A DNA stretch of 64,000 nucleotides, taken from Azolla caroliniana (taxonomy: Eukaryota; Plantae; Polypodiophyta). The stretch is taken from positions 8,928,001 through 8,992,000 of the forward strand of contig JBHGNT010000005.1 in NCBI GenBank assembly GCA_043228905.1, read 5' to 3'. Under the pieces are notes generated by a model, which was not told the DNA's origin, ran no database searches, and was given only the letters and a program-made list of their open reading frames with translations. Made by a program: the position numbers and the translations under genes. Below are positions 1 to 13,057 of the stretch, one piece after another (within the stretch, counting starts at the first letter, position 1; each line of letters begins with the position of its first letter).

Positions 1-99
1 AACAACTCCAAACATACTGGGGACACAGGTGCTCTTTCCTTCTCATGGTGTTGTTTTATACATTTCTTGGGTAACAGTCTAAATGAGACAAAAAATCTA

Positions 100-1950
100 C
101 TAAATGCACTTCGAACCTGGGATTTCTATGCTTGGATTGCAATATTAGCAGGTTACACCGAATATGACTTCTTTTGGTAAGGCGCATAAGTGTTTCAAAG
201 AGATGTAACGGTAACGAAATTGCATTCCTTTAAATGTGGTGCCTCATGTCAAGAGCTGAGAATTAGTGTTAGCACGAGAGAATTAATCAATGGCTTTCAA
301 ACACACACAAAGGTTTTGTAGATAAGGCCATTTTTGGGGATTTTCCAGAGAAAGATGATGCAAAAGGCCATAGATATGGACATGAAAACCATGAAAATAT
401 CAAAGGAAAGGCCATTTTTTGACGTTGCTGACGGAGATAAGGAGACTGTAAGCATGGAGTTTCCCATGGAGAGAGATGGTTTTGACATGGAATTGTAAAT
501 AAACAAAACATGAATCTTTGGACGAATAAAGAGAACATAAAGCTTTCTATGGAGAAACATGATATTCGTATGGAGTTTACCATCAAGAAATATGATAGAG
601 GTACAAAATGTTCCATGGTGAATGATGGTTGCATTACGGATCTGTGGATCTTTCCATGGACAATGAGGTACTGATGTGAAGTTTTCTGTGGAGAAAAATG
701 GTTGCAACGTGGATCTTTCTACAGAGAAGTTGTAGTGGCATTGAGTTTTCCACAGAGGAAGAGGGTTGCAATATGGATCTCTTCGTGAGTAGAAGGATAC
801 ATAGTATAGAGTCTATCAATAATTCCCAAGATTGTAGATTTGGATTTCCTATATTGGGTGATGTCATCCATGCATTGCAAGAATGCAAGAAACAGAAGAA
901 TCCATATTACATATGCTTGTATTCATTCATTTGCAGTATTGTTTTAGAAGCGTATTTGGGGAATTTCATTGTGCCACTATATGTAGAGTGTGGCAATATG
1001 GCTCTTGCCCACCAAGTTTTGAACAATTTGGTGAATCCAAATGAATAATCGTGGGATCTCTCTTGTCGGGTTTTGTCCAATGTGGCCATCTACATGAGGC
1101 TTTCAATTTTTATACACTGAAGAGCAAGGTGTATATTAGAGTAGTCATGTGGTTGTCTCTTTTACAAGCTTGTTCTTGGCTTAAGGATATTCGAAGAGGA
1201 AGGAACTTTACATGGAGATTACATCAAAAGGCTAAGAAAGCAACCTGCCAATTTACAAAAGTTTTATGTATTCTGAATGTTATTTGCTCACAGAAGCACA
1301 TTCAATTTTGTGAGGGTGCCAATCCAAGATGTTGTATCTTGGACAATCTAAGGATATGTTAAAAATTTGCTTTATATGATAGCATGCAAATGCTTTGAAG
1401 AGATGCAAGAGGTTGGTGTGTCTCCAAACACATTCACATTTTCTTGTGTTCTAAAAGTTTGTAGTACAGGAGCCTTGGACAATGGAGAAATTTTCACAAT
1501 GAGATCACCATGATAGGCCTACAAAGGTATTCTTAAGTTGCAATTTGTTCGATTTTCATGTATGCTAATTGTGGCTCACTTTTAGAAGCATGACACATTC
1601 TAAGAATGCTACCAGTTTGAGATCTTGCATCATGGACTAGACTTATGCAAGAATACATGTATGGATCAACACAGGAAGCATTGAAATGATTTGATCAAAT
1701 GCATCTCTTTGGATGTTGTTGCGTATGCATGTGGATTAAAAGCTTGCAGTACTTAGGGGTTGCGGCAAATGGTAGAGACATACTTGGATGTACTCTATGG
1801 AAGGGATGTACAAATGCTCTTGTGATTGGTAACTGATTGATTGGAATGTATGCAAATTTTGGCTCGTTATAGGATTCACATTTATGCATGTGCATAAATG
1901 GAGAGATGCGGGAGCTTCGCTAATAGTTGGTTGAAAGATTCCCAATACAA
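100..1950 (+). pseudogene. Degenerate pentatricopeptide-repeat (PLS-type PPR) gene with many stops and frameshifts
   Basis: PPR-like fragments in shifting frames: DFYAWIAILAGYTE (~121), YLGNFIVPLYVECGNMALAHQVLNNLVNPNE*SW-SLLSGFVQCGHLHEAF (950-1105), EEMQEVGVSPNTFTFSCVLKVC (~1396-1462), FMYANCGSLLEA (~1555). No continuous ORF. Confidence 0.8.
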
Positions 1951-2129
1951 TCAAAGCAATTTCTACAGTTCTAAAAAAAAGAGGACCCTTGCAAAGTTTA
2001 TGAAATCAAGCTTGGTGTTATGAAATGAAATAGCAAAGTAGGTACACAAATTCATGTTATAGGTATTAAAATAGTCTCTGGGCAACATAACATCAACGAT
2101 ATCAACACAAATGTGTGAATGTGCAGTAA

Positions 2130-3040
2130 CTTTGTTGACATCTTACATATTAAGTGTCTAATAAGTATATGCTAACATTGTGGCTAAGCTAATGAGATTG
2201 GAAGGTACAGAAAGAAGTGGAAAAGGGGGAGGACGTTTTGGGAGGAGGAGACTATTGCCATTTTTCTTTCGGAGCTCTTCATCTTCATCATTTTTCTTCA
2301 TCGCCACGTGGTCGTCTTCTTCGTGTTGGCACTCGAAGTGCTCGGGTTGTTTATGGTGCTCGTGAGCCCGAGCCTCGTTGGTTCGGCGTTGCTTCGCCCC
2401 CGTTCGTCGTTGCAAGCCCGTGTGCTCGCCGTTCGGGTGGTCGTGGTTCATTGGGGTCAGCATTTTTGTGGTGTGGTGCGGTGTGCTCGTGTGCTCGTCT
2501 TCTTCGTGTTCGTGCTCTGTGTTCGAATTTGCTCGTTTATAAGGGCATTTAACATTTATGTTTTGTTGAGTTTGTGGTTAACTAGAAGTTGCCACATTGT
2601 AATCAAACCCTATTTTATAAAGGGCACTCTTGCATTGCAATCGAACTTACATATCTACTTCTTTAGCCAATGTCATTCATGTTTTCTTTCTTTAATTCTC
2701 GTCTCCTTGTACGTTCGGCCGTCTTGTGATGAGGGAGCGTTTCGGGCATGCCCATGCACCTCTCCTCCTCATAAAGACGTACATGCATTTGTGTTTGTGT
2801 CCTCGTCCCCTTGTGCGTTCATTTTGCGTGCTCATCTTTGCTTGTACCCATTTGATCACTTGGCTCATGCGGTGATCTCGAAAACTCGACGAGTCGTGAT
2901 CAACGAAAGCCACCGACCCCACAAAAGGGGCACCGAGCCCTTGCCCGGGAAGTAGTATTATCGTAAAGCAAACCTCGGGTCTTCTTTATCCCTTCGTACT
3001 CCCTAGTCCAAGACCCCCGTGGTCTTGCCCTAGTAACAAA
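2130..3040. mobile_element. Possible solo-LTR or retroelement remnant (GC-richer block ending in ...TAGTAACA)
   Basis: Composition shift, TATA-like motifs at ~2537 and ~2615, and a CA end at ~3038. I found no matching TSD or partner LTR. Confidence 0.25.
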
Positions 3041-3907
3041 CACGCGCGAAACTTCACGACACCGTTAAATCGCGGTTTCTAACTGTTGAAATCGAACCGA
3101 ATTGTTAAGTCGTTAAGCTGCGGTTTCAAATCGAACTGTTGCTGATTGTTACTTTTAGTGCTTGGGCTTGACATTTTAATCGTGCTAGTCATTTATGACA
3201 TTCTTTGATTGGTCTCCATCCTCACATATTTCCAAACTCAGACAAGGGTTTAAAAAATAGAGATTAAGTTGATTCACATGGCACGATTTGAAATCGTTGC
3301 ATAATTTTAAGTGAAAACACAAGATGAAAGGTTCGCAAGGCGGAAGGCACACCCTTCAATGTTGATGAAATAACATGTTTCTGTGATGAAGACCTAGTAG
3401 TGAGTGGCAAGTAGAAGAGAGTCGATTAAGGCTTAGTATATGAATAAGGTAATGGGCACAAACAATCCATTACCTTATTTGTTTGCGTGCATGGATTGAT
3501 CAATCCAAACCTTAAGCCTTAACTGGTTTGGGAATCAATTTAGCTGACACCAGTTTGGCAACTGGTTAAGGACGCTCAAGCCTAAACCGAGTTGAATTGA
3601 ATCGCCAAGCCGTTTAAAAACGGTTTGACGGCTAGGTTGAGGGCTTGTGTTTTTTTGTGTGTGAGAGTAAGAGTGAGAGGGTTTCAATCGTTAATCTACA
3701 AAGACTGACTAACGTATGTACCCGTTAAGTTAATTGCAGGAGTTTTTACCGTTGGCGGGAAATGCTTATTAATTTACATATTATTACCACCACAACCAGA
3801 CTTTGGCGCGAAACCTGAAGATCCCTCTCTCTCTCTCTCAGTCTACACAGAAAATTCTAGCTTCTCTCTCTCTCTCTCTCTCTTTGTGTGTGTGTTTCTT
3901 TCGCCCC

Positions 3908-6581
3908 ATGGTTGGACTGGTTGATTCTGCGTATGAGAATGCCAGAAAGCAGAGAATTGAAGAGAACAAGAAGCGCTTGCAGGTTTGCCTCTGCTAAGTT
4001 CTTTGCCGTGTGGACTTACTTTTGTCCATTATTACTGCTCTTATCCCTGGCCACACAGTATACTCCCCATGATTTGGCTGTTCTTTTGATTGGTAAATTT
4101 TTTGGCTCAGCACATATCAATTTGATCTATTTTTTTTTGTTTTATGTTTCTTCTTCCTCTCTGCAGGAGCTTGGAATTAGAGAAATTTCAGAGAGTTTTG
4201 CAGCAAGTAACCTTATGATCAGTCCAGCAAGATGTTCTCCGGTTGGGGTAATAATAACTTCTCATCTCTTTCAACGTTCTTTATTCTGTTCTGCTTCTTC
4301 TTAGACTGATGGAATCTTGTTTTCGGTTCGTGGATCTTGATTAAGCTCCTCGTTTCTCCTTTTCATTTAACTGCTATCTTTTTTAAACCTCAAATTGTTA
4401 CAGCTTTCAAATTTTCTAGTAAGGTTTGCTGTAAATTCCTATTTAAATGTTTTTGCATATCTGATTTATTGTTGTCTCATACTGTCCTTGGTAATTTCTG
4501 TTTCTCTTAGATTTATTGTTTCAGTCTTAGAGTACTGTGGCCTTCATGTTTACTCTTTTATGTTGCCCTTACTCTGAACAGCAACCAAAGGGGAGCAGAC
4601 CTCGCATTATAAAAGAAACAGTGAAAGTGAAATTGCGTCGCTCAACCAGGAACTCGGGAAATCCACAGCCGGACTATCAAGAGGTATCAAAAGTTTTTCT
4701 GACATCTTGTTCGTCATGGTTTTGTTAATATAGAAGTTCGCCAAATGCTGCATATTGCCTGTTTGTGACATCTTGTTCGTGATGGTTTTGTACAGATCGA
4801 AGTTGAGGTTAGGAGAAGGTAATAAGCATGATACGAAAGCTATGGACAAGTGGTACCTTCTTTATAACGATTTTCATGTGAGCTTCTCATAAGATACCAG
4901 CATGAAATACTTTGTTTTGATTGCAGAGCTCGTTTTGATAATGCTGGTGCTCATCGTCATTATTCTCGTCTCTATGAGAGGATATTTGCCTCAGATGAGG
5001 CACGAATGGGAGCTACAAGCAGAGCTGAGTCCATTAAAGAGGGCCTTCCTCTCTCTCATCCTTCCTTTGTGAAGCCGATGTTGCAATCTCATGTCACTGG
5101 TGGATTCTGGCTGGTATGAGCTTCGTAACAAGTGTTATGCTGTCAATATATTAACCTAAATCTCGGTCCTTTTCTTAGTTTCAATGTTCCACGCTCGCAG
5201 GTCATGAAAGTAATAACATGCTGTAAGTGTTCAAAAATTTGAGCATTCTTTTGATCGAATGATATGATGAATGTTGCCATTAGTTCTATGAAATGAATGC
5301 TTGAGCTTCAGTGAGTGTAAGCTTCTGTTACGTGAATGCTAACATGAGACAACATTAATGATGCTGTAATGTTACGTGAATTAGCGCTAACATGAGACGG
5401 CACTAATGACATGGTAGCTGAAGCTTTTGTCATGTATGGCATATATATTAACATCAAACAGCAAAACAAAACGTCACATGAAATATTCTACCATGACTTT
5501 GTGGTGCTTTTGTACCAGTGCTGATTTTTTTTGTTTTGTAAAACAGTAACTAACCATTTTTGACCTGGATTCTTTCAGGGTTTGCCTGTTTCATTCTGTA
5601 GAGATCATTTGCCAAAGAGAGATGACAGGATTGTTTTAGAGGATGAGAAAAATGAAGAATGGGAAACTATTTACCTCGCCAACAAGACTGGATTGAGTGG
5701 GGGTTGGAGAGGATTCTCTTTAGATCACGGCCTAGTTGACGGAGATGCACTAGTTTTTGAGCTTGTTCAGCCCCTTAGATTCAAGGTAATTCTTTTCAAG
5801 TTCTAACTCCTTGCTTTGTCGGAACGGTTTTCAAGTTTAACCCTTTTTTTAATTTCGATTACTAATTTGAAGATCCTTTTAATAGATTCACCTTGTGAGA
5901 GCTTGTGAACCTAATCGAGAAGATTCTGAAGAGACAAATTTAGAGGAACATGTAAAAGAAGGCATGAATGAGCTCCCCAATGATCTTTCCAAACAGTCAC
6001 AAAGCTGCAAAGTAAGGCAGAAATTGATAAGGGAAGCTGAGCTCGTAATGAAAAAAGAGGTAAAGACTGACGATGTCTCCTTAACCAACGAAAAAACTGA
6101 GAATCAAGCTGGCAGTGTCAATGAAGAAGAGGTCTTTACACCCAATGAAAATGCTCAAAATGAAGCTCATAGGCCTAAAGAAAAAGAGGTAAATCATGAG
6201 AATCAATCTTTCAGGATTAAAGAAGATGCAGCGGAGTTCCCCATTGATCTCCTCTGTAATGGAAATTCTGAGAATGAAGCTCTCAGGATTAAACCATCAG
6301 AGCTTCCTGATGCCATTACGGAGTCAAGTATCAGAGGAACTGAGAATTGTGATGAACTTATGGAGGACATGAAGAGAGAAGTGGATGTGGAAACTAACCA
6401 TAATGAGGTGATGAAGGAGAACAATACAAAGACAAGGAAGAGAAAGCTAGTAAGTTTTGCAGATGAGGATCATAACAAGAGCAAAAAGATGAAGGAAATT
6501 ACGAGTTACTTGAGATCTAGAAAGCAGCTAGTTATGGATGTTGAGAAGAGAGTACTGAGGAAACGGATTGAAGCCTCTTGA
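3908..6581 (+). CDS. B3-domain protein (REM family, At5g42700/At3g19184-like), 7 exons
   Basis: Phase-consistent GT-AG exons 3908-3982, 4167-4241, 4582-4683, 4796-4818, 4927-5113, 5579-5785, 5886-6581. Motifs YENARKQRIEENKKRLQELG and PSFVKPMLQSHVTGGFWLGLPVSFCRDHLP...GLSGGWRGFSLDHGLVDGDALVFEL, followed by an acidic C-terminal tail. Confidence 0.92.
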
Positions 6582-7993
6582 CATATACAGACAACTATGC
6601 GCCGCAAACAGTCTGCAAGTAACTAATAAAAATAACACTTCTTGATACGATCAAATCACATACAATGTGTTAGAATTAGACATTGATCAGGACCCAATGT
6701 TCCTTCCTGTCCATGACATCCGGACACAGGAGGTTTGTGAGAAATGGGTCCTAATTTGTTAGGGTTTTCTTGTAGCGTAGACGTAGACCTAATTTGTAAT
6801 GAATGTATCAACATGAGATGGTCAATCAGTAAATCTTAACAACAGTCATGTACTCGATTGACAGTCATGATTTGTCATGTGGTGGTGTTATGTTTGTAAA
6901 ACTGTCTTAAAGATTCACCTGGTGGTGAAACAAACATCTTTTGAATTTTGTTTAGGGATCACATATAAAATAAAGTGTGAACGAACACAAGTAGGAAGAT
7001 GATCGTTAAGTTTGTAGTGCCATGGCAGTGTTATTTCTGCAATTCACGTCAATCAATGCATACATACAGATTTCTATCTACATATCTAGTCATGTATGTA
7101 ACACGTATGTGTATCATGTATGTCCAAATAGCTAGCACTCACATGAGGCACAAACGTCCACATCCTTGCCTGCAGTTGGTTAAGTTAGTTAGTCCATGCA
7201 TGGTTTTTGCTCTCACTAACATTGAAAGAAAATATGCTACTTTTCAACTGAACTGAGTCTACCTACATCTCTAGGTTGAATGAACCTTGAAAACAATGAT
7301 ATATCCAACATATGCTCTGTCCGTGGTCAAATTTTGCTACTACATACACTATTGTTAGATAGGTTGTCTCGAAAACTTGTTCTTTGAATCAAGATGATTA
7401 GTTTGGTCACTCACCTCTAGCAACATCAACATAAATCTTTGATGATTTTGCTCACTCAATCAACTCTAGCAACATGAACCCACGTAAGTAGATCTTTTGT
7501 TTGTTTGGGGACTCGGATCATCTCAAGTGAGCCAAAATCTTTTTGTGGCCACACATGTAAACATAGATTACGCTCCTAAACAACTCTTGACTCTTTCTCT
7601 CTCACCAGAACGAAGAGATAGGATCTCACCCCTATTATCTTTGGAATCAAAGATGTAGAGGCACAGCCTTGTTAGTTAACGTTACAAGTTCTTTTGTCAG
7701 TTGTGACCGAATGATCTTATTGCATCAACCACCGACACTTCTGTCCTCCGAGAACTCATCGCATTTTTCAATCAAATCAACAGATACTACAACACTTGAC
7801 CAAATCAATGCTTTTATTATGCCACCACAAACATATACATAGAAGGAAATTCTCCCCTCCCCCCAATAGACAAGAAATAGAGTCTAGAAGCTTAAATGAA
7901 TAAATTCATTCATTCACTGTGTGGAAACGGAAGACAATAAATAAGAGAGCATCCTGAACAATCTTTTCCTGTTCCTCGCCGCTCCTTGCGGCC

Positions 7994-9238
7994 ATGGCGA
8001 TGGCGATGGCAGGAGCTTCTCTTTCTACGTTTCCTGTCGTAAAGCTCAAACCAGATTTGGAAGTGAAGAAACTCAAAGCTTTCTCTCTCTTCACGGTACT
8101 TACACCTAACCTGCTCTAGCTTTGTTGGAAGAAACCCTAAGTTAATCAAACCATTTTTTTTCTCCTATAATCAATTGAAACCAGTCTCTTGTTTCACTTT
8201 TTTTCTTTTTCTTAAGTTGATCTTTCTAAAGAGAAATCAAAAATATGGTAAAGTATGAGAAATTGACCTAACTATGTTCGCTAAGTCCTGAAATTTCGTG
8301 CACATGCTTCCTCAAATTTCAACATTTGTAAGAAAGATTAAGAACGTTCATTTGCAATATTTAGGAGATTAACTATCTAATTACACAAGATAACCATATT
8401 TTTCTCTTGTACATCGATCTGATTTTCCTCAGATTTATCAGAAACATTATTTGATTCTTGTAATATTTGGTTAGCCACAGTTTTACCTTCCATGAAACAA
8501 GATAAAGACAGGTTTTCATTTTACCTTTATATTTCATTTACTTCAAGAAAACTAACTCACGAAACTACGTTGCGAAACATCCTTGGATTTGCAGGCGCCA
8601 AATCTTCTCGATAAGATGAATGTGATTTCCTTTCATGAAATATGCACTGGAATTAGGGTTTTCACACCAGGACAATATCAAAACTTGCAAAAAGTGTTAT
8701 AACTTCTTTGGATTTGCAAAAATTGTAGGTGCCAAATCTTCTCAATGCATATGAATGTGATGCTTTCATAAACTATGCAGAAGGATTAGGGTTTTCACAC
8801 CAAGGAAGCTTAGGTCCAGCAAAAGGAGAAGCCTTTAGAGACAATGATAGAGTGTCACTGCAAAATAATGCCCTTGCAGAGAGCCTTTGGAATTCAGGAT
8901 TATCCCGGATCTTCGATAACATCAAATCAGACGGAAGATCGGCAGTGGGTTTAAACCCTAATATTCGATTCTACAGGTATGTTTGTGAGCATCAAATCTA
9001 GGGCTTCTCTACGTTTGTCATATTTTCATTAATGTGAATGTGCAAGCATGCTGTTAAAAAAAGGATAGTTTCTACTTGCTTGGAGGCATATGTGTACCAC
9101 AATTGCAGATATTCGTTAGAAATCAACTTTGTCTGTAATAAAACAATATCATATAAATGATATCCATTATTTTCTAGTAGTTCACATATAGTTGTAATTG
9201 TTTACAGTCAAAACAAAAATAAAGTGGATTCCGGATCA

Positions 9239-9277
<39 letters not shown>

Positions 9278-12200
9278 CTCTTCTTTTATCTTCCTGTGTA
9301 TACACACACACACACAATTTCTCACCTCAAAACATATTGATCTTATAAAGGTTTACTTGTAGAGAACAATGCTGGAAAATTCTTTGATTTATTGAGGGCG
9401 ACTAGAGGTGCATGTATGTGTGTATGTGCATGCCTGCCTACAAATGTCTTCGGCCTATGATTTCGTCAAATGATTCAAAATTTTAATTACAATTTGACCT
9501 TGTTATTGTATCAGATACAGAGAAGGTCAAAGATTTGGTCAGCATATAGATGAAAGTATCTATCTAGATGGAAGGCGTAGAACAAAGTATACCCTTCTTG
9601 TATATTTAAATGGAACTGCAAAGATGAGTAAAAAGAATACTCTTAAAGATGAAAATGTGATGGTGCAGCAGCTACAAGGCGGTGAAACAGTTTTCTATAC
9701 AGGACGAAGAGGTGATTCTATAGAGGTAATTTCTTGGATGTTAAAATGTAATGATTTGGATTGTCAATGTCAAACTGTTAGTTTTGAAAAGTTTTGACTG
9801 CCCAGCCTTTAATATCCACGGAAGAATTGGGTTCTCTCAAATGTATGACTCTGATGCTAGAGAAAGAAAGAAAGAAGAAAGATATATTAACGTCTTTTAA
9901 GAGGCCAAAATGGCCTATAAGACCAAAGAAAAGATTACATCTTGAGTGTTTTCTCGTCTTTGAGAACAAATCAAAATAAAATAAATATTACACAGTAAAT
10001 ATAAAAGTAAATAAGATGAAAAGAGAAGAAACGAGGGAATCTGGTTTTTGGCACATGTGAGATTCTCAAGTTAGGTATATTGTAGCTTTTGTTTTCGAAA
10101 GATCTCTAGCATACGTCGATCCAAAATGGAAATGTCTCCGAAGCGAGGGAAGCACCTACGATGGCGGGAGATAATGGCTTTTATCTGTCGATGACAAGGG
10201 TGTCGAGGTCGTGGTCCATGGGGCCGGGTCCTACATGCACAACAAATTGCTATTACCCGATCAATTGTAACCCCTTTGTTATGTCCTGGTCTGGAGCCCA
10301 TTTGTGTATCCCGTGATTGACTTGTAGCATTAGTAGGAGTGATGGAGCTAAAGAGAGTTGTGATTATTCTTTGTGGATGAGCTTGTGTGGTTGTATTCTT
10401 CAACAACTTTTCCCGATGTCTCTTGAGCTCTAGCAAGAAAAGTCCTAGGCATCGTTGGTCCTCATATTCCATTACCTTGCATAGTGGGCCAAAGCCTTGT
10501 TTAAAGAGGCAATGGTATCTCCCTCTGATTTCATAAAAGACACTACAATGACAAACATAGTGTCCCTCAGATTCCACTCCTTGATGACAAAATTGACAAA
10601 TTCTCTAGTCGTGTATATCTGCCTACCTCAATCTGTAGCTGATGTGATGAAGTTCGCAGCTGCCCTATCACAATACGCAGCGCATAGGATAGATGTATGT
10701 CCATATAAGGTGGCCTGATAACGAATCCATCCTCCGATGTATGTAAGAAGTGTGTCTTATAGTGGACCATCTTTGTACCAAGTGGTATTTTGGGGCTGAT
10801 CCATGTTATCTTGTTTTCCAAGTTAATAATATCAGTTCGGATCACTTTGTTCTTTTCCACTTTGGTCATATTTAGATGGGGACAGTCCAAGCTATATTGG
10901 AACGGGGGTAGTGCATTTATACTCATGCCATGTGACTCGAACCATTGCTGCATTTCAGAATACCAACAATGAGTGTCTCCATTTTCAGCCAGTTGGCTTG
11001 ATGACATAAGTGCCAACCTTGGATACCTTCGTTTAGGGAGCTCCCAAAGATAGTGAGAGAGAGAGAGAGACCTATTTTTATGAATATACTATAAGCCAAA
11101 ACTATTGTATGCGACAAACATGTTCAAGTGTGTGTGTCCTCTGCAAATCCAAACCTAAAGATGACAATATGCATGTGGGCAACATCCTACATCCATCTTG
11201 TATACGAGTATGAACTATATATCTAGGAAGCGCCTCTGAAGATGCAGTTCTCCATGTAATGAAATCATAGATTGACACATGCGTGATATTCGTGATATTC
11301 TCCATGCGTGATATTCTCAATATTCGAGAATACGAAATGGCCCCAAGAATATTAAAAAACCATTCGTTTTGCAAAATAAATATAAAATATTTATTTATTT
11401 ATTTAAATAAATTTATTTCACCAAAAAAAGAACAATTATTCATTAATAGATTATAGTGTCAAGAGAGTTTATGAAACTTATTTTAATTAATCAATCAATT
11501 AATTAATTTTTTAAAAACGAATATTTTTATATTTATTATACAAATATGATTAGTGCGAACTTTGAAGATATGATTAGTATGAACTTTGAAGATATGATTA
11601 GGTTGATGTACTATTTTTAATGTCAAAATAAAAATATCCATAAATTTTGGGGGAATAAAAAGTGAGAAATTAATGAGCCTTTCTGTTATTTTATTTATTT
11701 ATTAAAAATAAATCGAATACTTATAACTTATAAGTTATATATTTATTATAAAATTTTAGTAGTGTCAAATCCCCAAGTCCCTCTTTTATTATCCTTATTT
11801 ATTGTCAAGTTCCTTTTTTTTATCCTAGGAAATTAAAAAAGACAGTTTTTTTTTTTTTGAGTTAAACGAATACTTGACCACCCATTCGTATTCGTATTCG
11901 TTTGCATTTGAATGGGAAACCTGACGAATGCGAATATGTCAATCTATGAATGAAATAATAATAATTTCGAATCAACCGATGCTTCCTTGGAGAAGATCAT
12001 GGTCTCCCTCATCTATTTGGGCTATTTGGAAGAGCTCCACTCAATACTCATGCTTTGGCATGTAGAGAACCAACCTCTGAATCCCTGTTAGCAGAGGAAG
12101 ATGGATTTTGTAGATCCTTATCTCACCGTTTACATCCATCTGAGAGGGTGATTAGAATGGTTATTTATTGTTTCTTCAGGAGGCTAGTGACATGACTACG

Positions 12201-13057
12201 GAACTCAACAGAGAGAGATACCACTAGATTCAAAACTGTAGTGTAGACACAGAGAACCATGAATGGCCAAGAGAGAGACGTTGCACTAGATTCAAAACCA
12301 GAGAAGATGAACTGGAGACATGGAGGACTGTACTTAATATGAATGGTCCAAGACAGACGTCTCACCAGATTAAGAACCAGAGAAGACCATGTTTTCATAT
12401 ATGTACCATTCGCACCATATGAATTCCATGGGTGCCACAACTTTGATAGTGTAATTCATAGTCTCCTTTGTTTGCCAATGTGAATGAGGATACAAGAGGA
12501 ATGACAAAGAAGATAAAGGGCTAATATATGCAATGAGAAAGGGTTAATATATTATAGTTGCAAATGCCATGCAAAATATTGCACTCTATGGGATGGGTAT
12601 TGTTCCAAATATATGAACATTTTTGGACAGACTTAGAGACCCGGGAAGAGGTTTCCGTTAACTGACAGGCAATGTACACTCTAAAGAGAGAAAAGTGTAG
12701 TCCATTGGTATTAGAATTGTTAGACGCATCTCCAACATGTTGCTAATACAAGTGAGAGACAAGACTGCTGTTGACTTGTGTTCGTCAGTGAATAAAATGT
12801 GACACTTAAATTGGGGTACATTTTTCTTGAATTGTGGTTCACGCCGGTGAATTTATCAGCCTTACCTAAAATTTAATATATGGCATGCTGTATTCTCATA
12901 TTGCCCAATAACTATCTGGCTATTCTTCATGTAGGTGTCACCAATTGCAGGAATGGCCCTACTTCACTTGCACGGTGAAAAATGTATGCTGCATGAGGCA
13001 CGAGTGGTGTCCAAAGGTGTGAAGTATATTCTCCGGTCGGATGTTATATTTAGCTGA
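7994..13057 (+). CDS. 2-oxoglutarate/Fe(II)-dependent oxygenase, prolyl-4-hydroxylase-like, 4 exons
   Basis: Exons 7994-8095, 8729-8976, 9515-9725, 12935-13057, all GT-AG and in phase. GLNPNIRFYRY, HxD motif (GQHIDES), GGETVFY, distal His and 2OG-binding basic residues in MLHEARVVSKGVKYILRSDV. Confidence 0.92.
8581..8672 (+). repeat. Degenerate duplicate of the acceptor and 5' part of oxygenase exon 2 (pseudo-exon)
   Basis: ttggatttgcag-gcgccaaatcttctc...gaatgtgat...ttcat...tatgca...ttagggttttcacacca aligns by eye to 8707-8803. Confidence 0.85.
9960..11055 (-). mobile_element. 5'-truncated LINE (non-LTR retrotransposon) 3' end in intron 3 of the oxygenase
   Basis: Minus-strand ORF pieces LWELPKRRYPRLALMSSSQLAENGDTHCWYSEMQQWF, QLRTSSHQLQIEVGRY and ESEGHYVCHC (C-terminal zinc-knuckle region of LINE ORF2), ending in an AT-rich simple tail near 9965-9990. 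Confidence 0.75.
11266..11948. mobile_element. hAT-family MITE
   Basis: TIR CATAGATTGACA...TGTCAATCTATG (12 bp perfect, 16/18 extended). 8-bp TSD AATGAAAT at 11258-11265 and 11949-11956. AT-rich non-coding interior. Confidence 0.9.

Noticed and set aside
2158-2955. Overlapping ORFs up to 215 aa
   Set aside because: No domain similarity or splice structure; probably repeat-derived.
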